Source: an uncultured Planctomycetia bacterium (GTDB lineage: Bacteria > Omnitrophota > Gorgyraeia > 2-02-FULL-51-18). Taken from it: a stretch of DNA of 64,000 nucleotides. The notes under the pieces were generated by a model. The model saw only the letters and a list, made by a program, of their open reading frames with translations, was not told where the DNA came from and ran no database searches. This document shows, one piece after another, positions 1-9,426 of this stretch. The DNA is taken from NCBI GenBank assembly GCA_964606485.1, contig CAZSGP010000001.1, positions 481,085-545,084 of the forward strand, in the 5' to 3' direction. The position numbers and the translations under genes were made by a program. Every line of letters begins with the position of its first letter. Positions within the stretch are counted from its first letter, which is position 1.

Positions 1-1068
1 CTTACGGCGCAGACAGGTGCAATGGCGCATCCGGCACGCTTGATTAAGAATATGAACAAAAGTTTCGATGGATCATGTATCTATGGACGGGGTTTTATTT
101 TGGAACCTAGTTTAGCCAAAGATTTCATCAAGCGCTCACCTAGAAACCAAGAGGTTGTTAAACCTTATATTGGTGGAGAGGAATTGAATAATGAACCTGA
201 TTTAAGACCAACTCGATGGATCATTGACATGGGCGAACGCACATTGAAAGAAGCCGAATCTTATGTAGACGTGTTTACCTATATTAAAAAAAATGTAATG
301 CCTGAGCGTCTAGATATGGATAAAAAGAAATACCCGCGCCTTGTTGACCAGTGGTGGAAATATTGGCACTCACGGCTAGAGCTCTATAACGGAATAAGAA
401 CCTTTGGATTGGGTAGAGTTCTTGCGCGTGCCCGGATATCAGACCACCATATGGTAGCCTTTCTACCACCAAATATTGTATATAGCGAGCAGCTTGTAGT
501 TTTCTTGCTCAGCACATTTCAGGAATTTTCAGTTATTCAAAGTTCAATACACGATATTTGGTCGCGCAGATATGCCTCAACTATGAAAACCGATGTGCGA
601 TATACGCCATCCGACTGTTTTGATACATTTCCATTTCCAAAATCAAAAGATGAATTAGAGAAATGCGGAGCTCAATACTATGAACATCGCTCACAAATTA
701 TGCTTTCAAAAAAGCAGGGCTTAACAAAAATTTATAATGCTTTTCACAGCGCAGATAATTGTTCGGCAGAAATTAAGCGTCTTCGGATATTACATATGTA
801 TATTGATAAGGCCGTGGCGAGCGCCTATGGCTGGACTGATTTGGACTTGGGCCACGACTTTTATGAAACCAAGCAAAGTATCCGTTACACTATAAGCGAG
901 TCCGCTCGGCAAGAAATTTTAGATCGATTACTCGCACTGAATTATCTGCGATACGAGGAAGAAGTTAAACAGGGTATGCACGATAAAACTAAATCGAAGA
1001 CCAGAAGTGGGAGCAAGAAGTTGGCGTCTCAAGGGCAATTGGAGTTTTTTAAAGGTCAGGAAAAATAA
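1..1068 (+). CDS. 5'-partial CDS: C-terminal region of a type IIG/MmeI-like N6-adenine DNA methyltransferase; candidate DISARM DrmMI
   Basis: The frame of ORF 22..1068 has no stop codon back to nt 1, so the gene continues upstream of the window. C-terminal motifs are recalled from the MmeI/Eco57I-like family (W-IDMGE, VKPER..WW, RYTPSDCFDTFPFP). Its TAA stop overlaps the ATG of the next gene (TAATG at 1066-1070), which indicates translational coupling. Confidence 0.4.
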   Translation, partial: LTAQTGAMAHPARLIKNMNKSFDGSCIYGRGFILEPSLAKDFIKRSPRNQEVVKPYIGGEELNNEPDLRPTRWIIDMGERTLKEAESYVDVFTYIKKNVMPERLDMDKKKYPRLVDQWWKYWHSRLELYNGIRTFGLGRVLARARISDHHMVAFLPPNIVYSEQLVVFLLSTFQEFSVIQSSIHDIWSRRYASTMKTDVRYTPSDCFDTFPFPKSKDELEKCGAQYYEHRSQIMLSKKQGLTKIYNAFHSADNCSAEIKRLRILHMYIDKAVASAYGWTDLDLGHDFYETKQSIRYTISESARQEILDRLLALNYLRYEEEVKQGMHDKTKSKTRSGSKKLASQGQLEFFKGQEK

Positions 1069-4000
1069 TGGCAAAGCAAAATATAGTTTATTGGCTGGTC
1101 CTCCAAGCTAAAGACTCTCACTACGCCGACATTGAAGGGAAATGCTACGAATACCCCGAGAGTATCCCCAATGGACAGCGAGTCAAACCGGGCGACGTTC
1201 TCGTCATTACATTGCTACAAAAAGATTCTGACCAAGGCAGGCGATTGATAGGGATTGCCACTGTCGGATCAATCAGGAAAGCCGGCACTGGCCGTTTCCA
1301 AGCCTATTATGATCGGTATAAAAAAATCGATCCTGCGCTAACATTCGAAGAGGTTGGTGGTGATCCACGTACAAATACAACAAATAGTATCAATAAAGTT
1401 GATTCTCGAAATCATCCAGATTTTATCCAGAACTTATTATCCAAGTCTGGCATAACGGTCATTGAGGCATTGCCTCAGATCGCTAGCCAGCAACAGCTGA
1501 AAACGCCATCGCCAGTCGAGATTCGAGATGACCTAGACAAGGCGATTGTGGCGGATCTTCTGGGCCCAGCTAACGGACCAACGGAAGAAATTGTAGGCTC
1601 TAATGTGCAAAGCCGGTATCTGATTGGCAAGCTAGCCCCACGGCGCGTTATGGTTGATGAAGTAGCAAGTGAAGAGAGACACCAGGGGGGCGGCGCATCC
1701 CCCGAGGACGATTCAGCCGATGAAGCTACTCCAGCGCACGAATCTCTTATGCCATCATCCTTCGGGCTGACTTGTAGCGTGGACGGTGCAATAGATGAGA
1801 TGGAAGTGCATGTGAGTTGGGGCCAGTACGAGCGAGGAGATAGCCAGTCTTTAACCGAAGAGGATGGTAGGCCTAAACGCGCATGGCATCGAAGGCCGGT
1901 TGGCGGAAAGATCATTTTACCGTTAAAGACAGGTTCTTTCGGGCCTCTTGCGCCAGATATTACTTATCCAGAAGTTTTTGTTCGCGGGTTGATTCGTGAA
2001 AAGGGAGCTCAGGGCGAGCGCGTTCTCACCCTATTTCTAGTCAACAATCAGGAAGAGCCCGAGCAGAACAAAGACGAGGCATGGTTATTTCAACCACTAC
2101 TACAGTTACGCGCCAAAGACGGAGCTCCAATATTCTTACGGAAATCTATTGGAGGTAGTATTTATGCAGATCCAGAGCGAGCGAGTTTGGCCATGCTCTA
2201 TAGAGGTCATGTTGAGTTTGCGGTAGGCCATGGTGTAAGTGTGCGCGCGAAGCTGACCGCTGCAACGGCAGACCGCGCGATAGAAGTATCCACTCAAATT
2301 GTCCCGACTTATGATGTTCCGGCGACAGAAATACCCAGCCCATCAGATATCCCAGGCATAGAAAACGTCGTGCTAGATATGAAAACATTGAGCGAGCTCG
2401 AGAAAAAGCCTCTAATTGAGTCATTGAATGTTTTAAGTCAATTGTACGCGACATGGATAAGTAATCGGGCCGATGAGATCAAACAGGGCAAGTTAGTTGG
2501 ATACGAGACTCAAGCAAAAGAAGCCTTAGAGAGATGCCGACGGACCAGGGAAAGATTAGAAGAGGGAATCCAGACGCTTGTTGCTGACCAAGATGCATTA
2601 GACACGTTTCGATTTATGAATCAGTCGATGTGGCATCAACGTGTTCATAGTATACATTCATTACGGAGACGTCGCGGTGAAACGGTAGATATGGCACAGG
2701 TTGACATACCGGATAATAGGTCCTGGTATCCATTCCAGCTTGCTTTCATCTTGTTGGGCATACCATCACTGACAGATCCAACACATGCTGATCGCACCGC
2801 CGGCTCTAATGCAACGGCTGATCTTTTGTGGTTCCCAACAGGTGGCGGTAAAACAGAAGCTTACTTGGGGCTCGCTTGCTATGCGATGGCCATTAGACGC
2901 CGTCAAAAAAGCATTGATGGTTACGATAGCTCCCGCGGACTCGCGGTGATTATGCGTTATACGCTCCGACTGCTAACTATCCAACAATTCCAGCGCGCAA
3001 GCACTCTAATATGCGCCATGGAACTCTTACGGCGACAGGCGACAGATAAATGGGGGGCAACACCCTTTCGCTTAGGTCTTTGGGTGGGTGCTAAAGCAAC
3101 GCCAAATACAACACGAGATGCTGCGGAAGAGTTGCGCAATGCACATGGGCAAGGTTTTACACGTGGCTTAGGCAATCCTCGCCAGCTGACGAATTGTCCG
3201 TGGTGTGGATGCGAAATTAAAATAAGAGACACGATCTGCCGTCCTCTCGCTGGGGATATTGGTCGGACTCTAACATTTTGTTCGGACAATTATGGTGAGT
3301 GTAGCTTTTCTCACGCCAAATCGCCCAATGAGGGTATTCCAGTCGTCGTCGTTGACGAAGAAATTTATCGGGTAATTCCGTCGATGTTGATCGGAACAGT
3401 CGACAAGTTTGCCCAGATGCCGTGGAAGGGTCAGGTACAGACATTATTTGGGCGAGTGAGTGGTGAGTGTGAACGCCACGGTTTTGTCACGCCAGATGCT
3501 GTAGATGATTGTTCGGGTAATCATAATCGTCACAGGTTCTTGCCAAGAACTACTATGAAGGCATGCGGGCCATTGCGTCCACCTGATCTGATTATACAAG
3601 ACGAATTCCATTTGATTAGCGGCCCCCTGGGTACAATGGTGGGTCTTTATGAGACCGCGATTGACGAGCTGTCAAGTTGGACCTGTAAAGGAAAAAAGGT
3701 TTATCCAAAAATTCTAGCGTCAACTGCGACTGTTCGTCGCGCTGCCGAGCAAGGGCATCATGTTTTTTCGCGTCGCATGGAGGTATTCCCACCGCATGGG
3801 CTTGATGTCTCTGATAATTTTTTTGCTATTCGTAGGCCGGTAACCGAACAAACTCCTGGTCGCCGCTATTTGGGGATTTGTGCACCAGGTATGTCACGAC
3901 CAGCTGTACAGATACGTGTGTATACGGCCTTTCTTTGCGTCGCTCAAAGACTTTTTGATCTCTACGGCGACGTGGTTGATCCATGGATGACCCTCGTCGG

Positions 4001-4967
4001 ATACTTTAATTCGCTGCGTGAGCTGGGTAGTATGCGACGGCTGGTTGAGGACGACGTTAGTACTCGAGCATTTCGGATTACACTTAGTGATCTTGAGCGC
4101 CCCGGGTTGGCGCAGCGCAAAATTAATGATCTTGAGGAGCTGACTTCGCGAGCGTCTTCTAGCGATATTCCTAAGATTCTAGACCGTCTGGAAGAACGAT
4201 TCACCAAGATCGTAAGTACTAATGGCAAATCACCTATTGATGTTGTCTTGGCAACCAACATGGTTTCTGTGGGCGTTGACGTGCAGCGCTTGGGTCTTAT
4301 GGTGACGAATGGACAGCCCAAGACGACAGCAGAATATATCCAGGCTACCAGTCGTGTTGGCCGTAAGTATCCCGGACTTGTTTGTACCGTATTAAATTGG
4401 TCCCGCCCGCGCGATATCTCCCACTATGAGAGTTTTGAGCATTATCACGCGACCTTTTACCAGCATGTTGAAGCTCAATCAGTGACGCCTTTTGCCCCGC
4501 GCGCAATAGATCGCGGGCTTACAGGAGTACTGGCCTCTCTGATACGACTTCATGCAATGAATCTGAATCCTAATCGAGCGGCAGGAGATTTGCTGGCCAC
4601 GAATCATGCCCTAGCACAGCTAGCCCGAGACACTATCTCGTCTCGAGCAGGGGACGTGTCTCAGGAACGATCAACGCGGGATCTAGTGATGAGAAAAATT
4701 GAAGAAAGAGTTGATTGGTGGGTGCGAGAGGCTAACCAAGGAGGTCGCACACTTGGTTACAAGGCAGCAAGAGATGGCCAAACGGTCGGATTATTAGAAC
4801 AGCCCGGAACGCAGCCATGGAGTAGATTCACGACACCGACATCCATGCGGGAAGTAGAGCCAAATGTTTCCCTTATCTTGAGAGAGAGTGTAAATGATGC
4901 CGAGCGCGCATGGGCGGCGCACGTAGATAATACTCCTGATCCAGCGCAAGGAGGAGCTCAACCATGA
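1068..4967 (+). CDS. drmA: Large SF2 helicase (1299 aa), DISARM DrmA-like; N-terminal ~110 aa resembles a PUA-like/EVE fold
   Basis: Walker A motif FPTGGGKTEAYLG (nt ~2830-2870); motif II DEFH (nt ~3601-3615); helicase C-terminal motifs VATNMVSVGVDV and QATSRVGR (nt ~4250-4370). A Cys-rich insert, CPWCGCEIK, is present. The size and position, upstream of a DUF1998-like gene and a PLD gene, match DISARM class 1. The N-terminus has YWL..(40 aa)..KPGDVLVI, an EVE/PUA-like pattern. Confidence 0.6.
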   Translation: MAKQNIVYWLVLQAKDSHYADIEGKCYEYPESIPNGQRVKPGDVLVITLLQKDSDQGRRLIGIATVGSIRKAGTGRFQAYYDRYKKIDPALTFEEVGGDPRTNTTNSINKVDSRNHPDFIQNLLSKSGITVIEALPQIASQQQLKTPSPVEIRDDLDKAIVADLLGPANGPTEEIVGSNVQSRYLIGKLAPRRVMVDEVASEERHQGGGASPEDDSADEATPAHESLMPSSFGLTCSVDGAIDEMEVHVSWGQYERGDSQSLTEEDGRPKRAWHRRPVGGKIILPLKTGSFGPLAPDITYPEVFVRGLIREKGAQGERVLTLFLVNNQEEPEQNKDEAWLFQPLLQLRAKDGAPIFLRKSIGGSIYADPERASLAMLYRGHVEFAVGHGVSVRAKLTAATADRAIEVSTQIVPTYDVPATEIPSPSDIPGIENVVLDMKTLSELEKKPLIESLNVLSQLYATWISNRADEIKQGKLVGYETQAKEALERCRRTRERLEEGIQTLVADQDALDTFRFMNQSMWHQRVHSIHSLRRRRGETVDMAQVDIPDNRSWYPFQLAFILLGIPSLTDPTHADRTAGSNATADLLWFPTGGGKTEAYLGLACYAMAIRRRQKSIDGYDSSRGLAVIMRYTLRLLTIQQFQRASTLICAMELLRRQATDKWGATPFRLGLWVGAKATPNTTRDAAEELRNAHGQGFTRGLGNPRQLTNCPWCGCEIKIRDTICRPLAGDIGRTLTFCSDNYGECSFSHAKSPNEGIPVVVVDEEIYRVIPSMLIGTVDKFAQMPWKGQVQTLFGRVSGECERHGFVTPDAVDDCSGNHNRHRFLPRTTMKACGPLRPPDLIIQDEFHLISGPLGTMVGLYETAIDELSSWTCKGKKVYPKILASTATVRRAAEQGHHVFSRRMEVFPPHGLDVSDNFFAIRRPVTEQTPGRRYLGICAPGMSRPAVQIRVYTAFLCVAQRLFDLYGDVVDPWMTLVGYFNSLRELGSMRRLVEDDVSTRAFRITLSDLERPGLAQRKINDLEELTSRASSSDIPKILDRLEERFTKIVSTNGKSPIDVVLATNMVSVGVDVQRLGLMVTNGQPKTTAEYIQATSRVGRKYPGLVCTVLNWSRPRDISHYESFEHYHATFYQHVEAQSVTPFAPRAIDRGLTGVLASLIRLHAMNLNPNRAAGDLLATNHALAQLARDTISSRAGDVSQERSTRDLVMRKIEERVDWWVREANQGGRTLGYKAARDGQTVGLLEQPGTQPWSRFTTPTSMREVEPNVSLILRESVNDAERAWAAHVDNTPDPAQGGAQP

Positions 4968-6844
4968 ACGGCCATCCATTGCGCGTAGGCGATATCAGGC
5001 CAAGCCAATTCATGTGGACGTTTGGACCCGGCGCTATTGTTGATTTGCCTCAAGTTTCGGTGGTTGTCCTTGGTCCTGAGTTCTGGCGTCAGGAACATTC
5101 GAGACGGATATCAGAACCTAGACTTCTTAACGCTGTCCGCAGTCAGCTTGGACCCCAGGTCCAAGAGCTGCTTGCACCTCCGGTTCGACCAGATACCGAT
5201 GGCCCTTTTAATCCGTTTACCTCCGAAGCATCTATTGGCGCCCCCGTTTCTATTTTTCCTCAATACTTACGCTGTCCCATCTGCGGGACGTTAGGAAAAG
5301 TTGATTCCGGACTTTTTGAATTAAAGCCAAATGAATATCGGCCAGATAGAATTCATTATATTCATTCGAATTGTAGTACACGAGGCAAGTCGCCCACGGC
5401 CGTGCCGGCTCGTTTTCTTGTGGCTTGTCGCGACGGACATCTAGACGACTTTCCGTGGCACTGGTTTGTTCATGGGGGCGCATCACAATGTCGTGGGCAG
5501 TTAAGGTTTTTTGAGAGAGGTGCCTCATTGCAGACCGACAATTTGTGGGTGCAGTGCATGGAGCCAGGGTGTACGGCCACCCGCACTATGACACAGGCTT
5601 TTGGCGATATGGGCAGACAATTGCTTCCAGGTTGCCGCGGGCGTCATCCGCATCTACGAGGATTTGATAGAGAGAATTGCACAGAGCCGATCCGGACAGT
5701 TTTGTTGGGTGCGTCAAACTCCTGGTTTCCTGTCACCGCTTCCGTATTGGCTATTCCTACTCGAGCAGATAAGTTGCAACAGCTTCTTGAAGCTAACTGG
5801 GATATTTTTAAAGACGTAACCAGTCTGCGTGAATTAGATCTAATATTGAAGACAATGCGCAAGACCGGAAATCTTGGTGATTTGGCAGAGTTTAATGAAA
5901 AGGATATTTTAGCGGCCATCAAGAAGATGGGGACGGAAGCCGCATCTCCCGAAGTGAGCACCGAACCGCTTGATCTTAAACAGCCGGAGTGGGATATATT
6001 TACTGATCCCGCACCCCAATCAGACTGGCCTGACTTCATGGTAAAAAAAGAGGGCCCTCCCGATGCATTCTCGAAGCATATTGAATCTGTGCTTCTAGTG
6101 GAAAAGCTGCGAGAGGTGAACGCTCTTTTAGGTTTTACACGCATTGAGCCTCTTGAGGTGGGTCAGACCGAAGATGGGGTTGCTCGCGCGCCTCTTTGGC
6201 GTGGAAGTGCGCCGTGGGTACCAGCTACGGAAGTACGCGGAGAGGGTGTATTTATCAAATTTTCCTCCCAACAATTAAGCAAATGGTTGGCTCAGAAGGT
6301 TATTGAGCAGCGTCGGGCCGCGTTGCTCGCTGGCCACATAGCTTGGCGTACGGCCAGACGTCTCCAGCCGCCGGCAGATCATTTTCCTGGGATGCTGATG
6401 ATTTTGCTGCATACATTTTCGCATGTGTTACTGCGAGAACTTGCGCTTGAGTGTGGATACAACACCGCGAGTATCCGTGAGAGGATTTATGCTTCTCCAG
6501 ACGGTGGGGCGACTGATGTTGCGGGTGTGCTTCTCTATACGGCTGCAGCCGATAGTGACGGGACTCTGGGAGGCCTGGTTGAGCTTGGTAAGAAAGAAAA
6601 TCTAGATCGGCTGATTAAACAGGCCCTGCGTCGTGCCCAGATTTGCTCCTCCGACCCGCTTTGTGCAGAGCATACTCCTGAAAGGGATCGCTCTCTCCAT
6701 GGATCAGCGTGTCACGCGTGTTCGTTTGCTCCCGAGACCTCCTGTGAGTTCAGCAATCGCTACCTTGATCGATCTCTACTAGTTCCAACTATTCAAGGTA
6801 GGGATCTTGCCTTTTTTGAGGAAAAACTTTATGCCGATCTCTGA
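4964..6844 (+). CDS. drmB: DUF1998-like protein (626 aa), DISARM DrmB-like
   Basis: An ATGA start/stop overlap couples it to the helicase gene. The C-terminal four-Cys cluster, CSSDPLC...CHAC, is typical of the DUF1998/MZB Zn-binding domain. The size fits DrmB. Confidence 0.5.
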   Translation: MNGHPLRVGDIRPSQFMWTFGPGAIVDLPQVSVVVLGPEFWRQEHSRRISEPRLLNAVRSQLGPQVQELLAPPVRPDTDGPFNPFTSEASIGAPVSIFPQYLRCPICGTLGKVDSGLFELKPNEYRPDRIHYIHSNCSTRGKSPTAVPARFLVACRDGHLDDFPWHWFVHGGASQCRGQLRFFERGASLQTDNLWVQCMEPGCTATRTMTQAFGDMGRQLLPGCRGRHPHLRGFDRENCTEPIRTVLLGASNSWFPVTASVLAIPTRADKLQQLLEANWDIFKDVTSLRELDLILKTMRKTGNLGDLAEFNEKDILAAIKKMGTEAASPEVSTEPLDLKQPEWDIFTDPAPQSDWPDFMVKKEGPPDAFSKHIESVLLVEKLREVNALLGFTRIEPLEVGQTEDGVARAPLWRGSAPWVPATEVRGEGVFIKFSSQQLSKWLAQKVIEQRRAALLAGHIAWRTARRLQPPADHFPGMLMILLHTFSHVLLRELALECGYNTASIRERIYASPDGGATDVAGVLLYTAAADSDGTLGGLVELGKKENLDRLIKQALRRAQICSSDPLCAEHTPERDRSLHGSACHACSFAPETSCEFSNRYLDRSLLVPTIQGRDLAFFEEKLYADL

Positions 6845-7619
6845 TAAGAATCCGTTGGTCGCCGCGATTATGTCATTTGTGGAGAATGTTCCCGTCTCTG
6901 AGGCCGAGCATATTATTTTGCGTCTTTCTAGCGATGGAAAAGAAAAGATGAAAGGGCATCTTACTGCTCTGGCTCGCACATCACGCACGGAGCACCTATA
7001 TCGAGCTTTGGATGATGCCTGGAATGCGAATTTAGTAGGAGCTGATGCGCTAGCACTTTCGATTGATGTCTCAATGAAAACAGCTCGGACGATACAAGCC
7101 AAACAAGAAGTTTCCACCGTATGGACCGGTCCTGCAACTGAAGTTGTTCCGCTGCGGAGGACTGAGCAGGTCCTGTGCGAAATCATTGATGCGGCCAAAG
7201 AGACGTTGCTAGTCGTAAGTTTTGTCGCCTACCGGGCGGATGATGTTTTGTCTGCGATCAAGCGAGCTTTACTGAGAAAAGTCAGTGTCATGATGATACT
7301 TGAAACCGAAAAGGAAAGCGGTGGGAAGGTATCTTTCGACCAAGCTGCAAAATATAAGTTAGATTTTCCAGGCCTCGAATTGTACACATGGCCCTTAGAA
7401 AAGCGCGAAAAAGACGCGCATGGCCACTTTGGCGCTATCCATGCAAAGTGTGCTGTCGCTGATAGGAGCGTGGCCTTTGTAACGAGTGCAAATCTTACCG
7501 AGTTTGCCTTGGAGTTGAATATGGAACTGGGGCTATTGGTGCGGGGTGAGTCTGTGCCCGCTAGTCTGCAGGATCACTTTGGAGCGCTTATTTCTAGGGG
7601 AATTCTTAAGCGCTTGTGA
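6807..7619 (+). CDS. drmC: Phospholipase D-family nuclease (HKD motif), DISARM DrmC-like
   Basis: HKD motif HAKCAVAD-x6-TSAN at nt ~7440-7500. An alternative start at ATG 6831 has a GAGG Shine-Dalgarno sequence 9 nt upstream. The gene overlaps the end of drmB. Confidence 0.7.
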   Translation: MPFLRKNFMPISDKNPLVAAIMSFVENVPVSEAEHIILRLSSDGKEKMKGHLTALARTSRTEHLYRALDDAWNANLVGADALALSIDVSMKTARTIQAKQEVSTVWTGPATEVVPLRRTEQVLCEIIDAAKETLLVVSFVAYRADDVLSAIKRALLRKVSVMMILETEKESGGKVSFDQAAKYKLDFPGLELYTWPLEKREKDAHGHFGAIHAKCAVADRSVAFVTSANLTEFALELNMELGLLVRGESVPASLQDHFGALISRGILKRL

Positions 7620-7652
7620 AGGATAGACACTGATGCGAAAAAGGAAAAGATA

Positions 7653-8912
7653 TTGAGGCATCTCTTTGACCAGTATAGCCAGCCAGAAAACAAACTAACT
7701 CACGCCTTAGCTTCAAGTCTTGCTCAAGACCAAAAGCTTCTCAGAAAGTTTGTTGGGTGGTCCGTAGGTAAAAATATCCAGAGGAAAGAGAAGTTTCATA
7801 TAACAGAGCAATCCTATCCCGGCCAAGAGGAAATGGATGAGCAGGAATCCGAGCGTCGCGGTCTTCCTGATGCTTGGATATACACTGATGACGGCTGGGC
7901 TCTTCTGATTGAGAGCAAAGTAGCTTCTGGCATATCAATAGATCAACTTAATCGTCATGCCAGGATGGCTCGAAGACGAGGGTATTCTAAATTCAAACTC
8001 CTAGTTATTAATGTTGATTCAAAAGAAAAGAAACTGCCGAAGGGTGTCTTTATTAAATCCTGGCAAGATGTATATGAATGGGGAATGAAAGAGACCATAG
8101 ATTCAAAATGGGCCAATCATTTTACAAGCTACCTTGAAATCGCGGAGGCAAAAATGGTTCAAGAGGAATATCTCACCGAAGGAATGTTAACAAAATTCAC
8201 AGGTATTCCTTTTAACGATGATCGACCTTATACGTATTTTGAAGCGAAGCGTTTATTGTCATTGATGATATCTGAACTGAAAAGCGACCGCATATTTATA
8301 AAAAAAATGGGGATTAATCCTCGCCTTGAAAGCCGGTCCGCAATCACCGGTCGAGGTGGTCGCTCGGTATGGGATTTTTTAAGACCAGCTAAGTCGAGAG
8401 GTGTTTTTACGAGCTATCCGCATTTCACGATTGCCATTGGAGCGGAGGCTGCCCTTGCTCTTGTAACACTTCCGAACGGTGTGAAACGATCCATTCGACG
8501 GAAAGTGCTTGGCCATGGCTTTGAAAGGTTCAACGAAATCGTTCTTAGGGTGGCAAACAACATGAAAAAAGTTTTTCAAGTAGACCCTAATATAAAACCC
8601 TATCTGAAGATAGTTCAACGTCACTACAAGACCCAGAGAAGCAGCGCCATTGAGGATGCTGTTTTAAAATATGATTTGAGAACTATTTTTCAGATGAGAA
8701 ATAAAAACGGTGTTAAGGTGCAACCCGAGTATATCAGGGCAACTTACGAGATTTTGAAGAAGAGAAGATCAAATATACAGCTTGAGATAGGAGTTGAGTT
8801 TCCTTATCAGCGATCAACCGTAATTAGCACCCCGTCAGCAACAGAGCTATACAAAGCGTCTTTTATTGCCCTGAAACCGTTTGTAGAAGAGGCGTTTAAG
8901 GCAGGGGGATGA
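7653..8912 (+). CDS. PD-(D/E)xK nuclease-fold protein (419 aa) with an unknown ~290-aa C-terminal region
   Basis: TTG start with an AAGGAAAAG Shine-Dalgarno sequence 5 nt upstream. The N-terminal motif E..PDAWIYTDDGWALLIESK (nt ~7866-7920) has the D-x(n)-E-x-K arrangement of restriction-endonuclease-like enzymes. No other recognisable motif. Confidence 0.45.
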   Translation: MRHLFDQYSQPENKLTHALASSLAQDQKLLRKFVGWSVGKNIQRKEKFHITEQSYPGQEEMDEQESERRGLPDAWIYTDDGWALLIESKVASGISIDQLNRHARMARRRGYSKFKLLVINVDSKEKKLPKGVFIKSWQDVYEWGMKETIDSKWANHFTSYLEIAEAKMVQEEYLTEGMLTKFTGIPFNDDRPYTYFEAKRLLSLMISELKSDRIFIKKMGINPRLESRSAITGRGGRSVWDFLRPAKSRGVFTSYPHFTIAIGAEAALALVTLPNGVKRSIRRKVLGHGFERFNEIVLRVANNMKKVFQVDPNIKPYLKIVQRHYKTQRSSAIEDAVLKYDLRTIFQMRNKNGVKVQPEYIRATYEILKKRRSNIQLEIGVEFPYQRSTVISTPSATELYKASFIALKPFVEEAFKAGG

Positions 8913-8931
8913 TTGAGAGACACAGAAAGCG

Positions 8932-9390
8932 ATGAAAGAACAATTTAGAAAAAAAATTGAATCAATTGAGTCAAAGTATGATCGTCTCAGGAAGTCCAAG
9001 CCGTTCATTTTAAAATCCTTTCCGGAGGGTCTTCCAGAGAGGGGTGTTTATCTTTTCTCCGAAGGTAAGAAATGCTTGTATGTTGGGCGAAGCAATAATA
9101 TCCCAAGAAGGTTACGCAATCACGTGGGTTATGGTCATAATCAAGCGACGTTTGCATTTCTTTTGGCAAGAGGAATGACAGGAAGAAAGGCCACCTATAA
9201 AAAAGAAGGTTCTCGAGAACAATTATTAAAGAATAAGGAATTCAAAAGAATATTTGATGAATGTCGCGAACGTATTCGTAGCATGAGTGTTCAGACCATA
9301 GAAGAAATTGATCCCACTCAGCAAGCATTACTTGAGATTTACGTAGCTTTTGTGTCCAAGGCAAAACACAACAGCTTTGATAACCATTGA
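8932..9390 (+). CDS. GIY-YIG family nuclease (152 aa)
   Basis: GVYLF..(8 aa)..LYVGRSNNIPRRLRNH (nt ~9041-9126) matches the GIY..YIG..R..H core. A Glu-rich segment lies downstream. The gene is 19 nt after the previous gene. Confidence 0.55.
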   Translation: MKEQFRKKIESIESKYDRLRKSKPFILKSFPEGLPERGVYLFSEGKKCLYVGRSNNIPRRLRNHVGYGHNQATFAFLLARGMTGRKATYKKEGSREQLLKNKEFKRIFDECRERIRSMSVQTIEEIDPTQQALLEIYVAFVSKAKHNSFDNH

Positions 9391-9426
9391 TATCTCATTC
9401 ACCCAGGAGCGGGGCATGTCGTTGAG

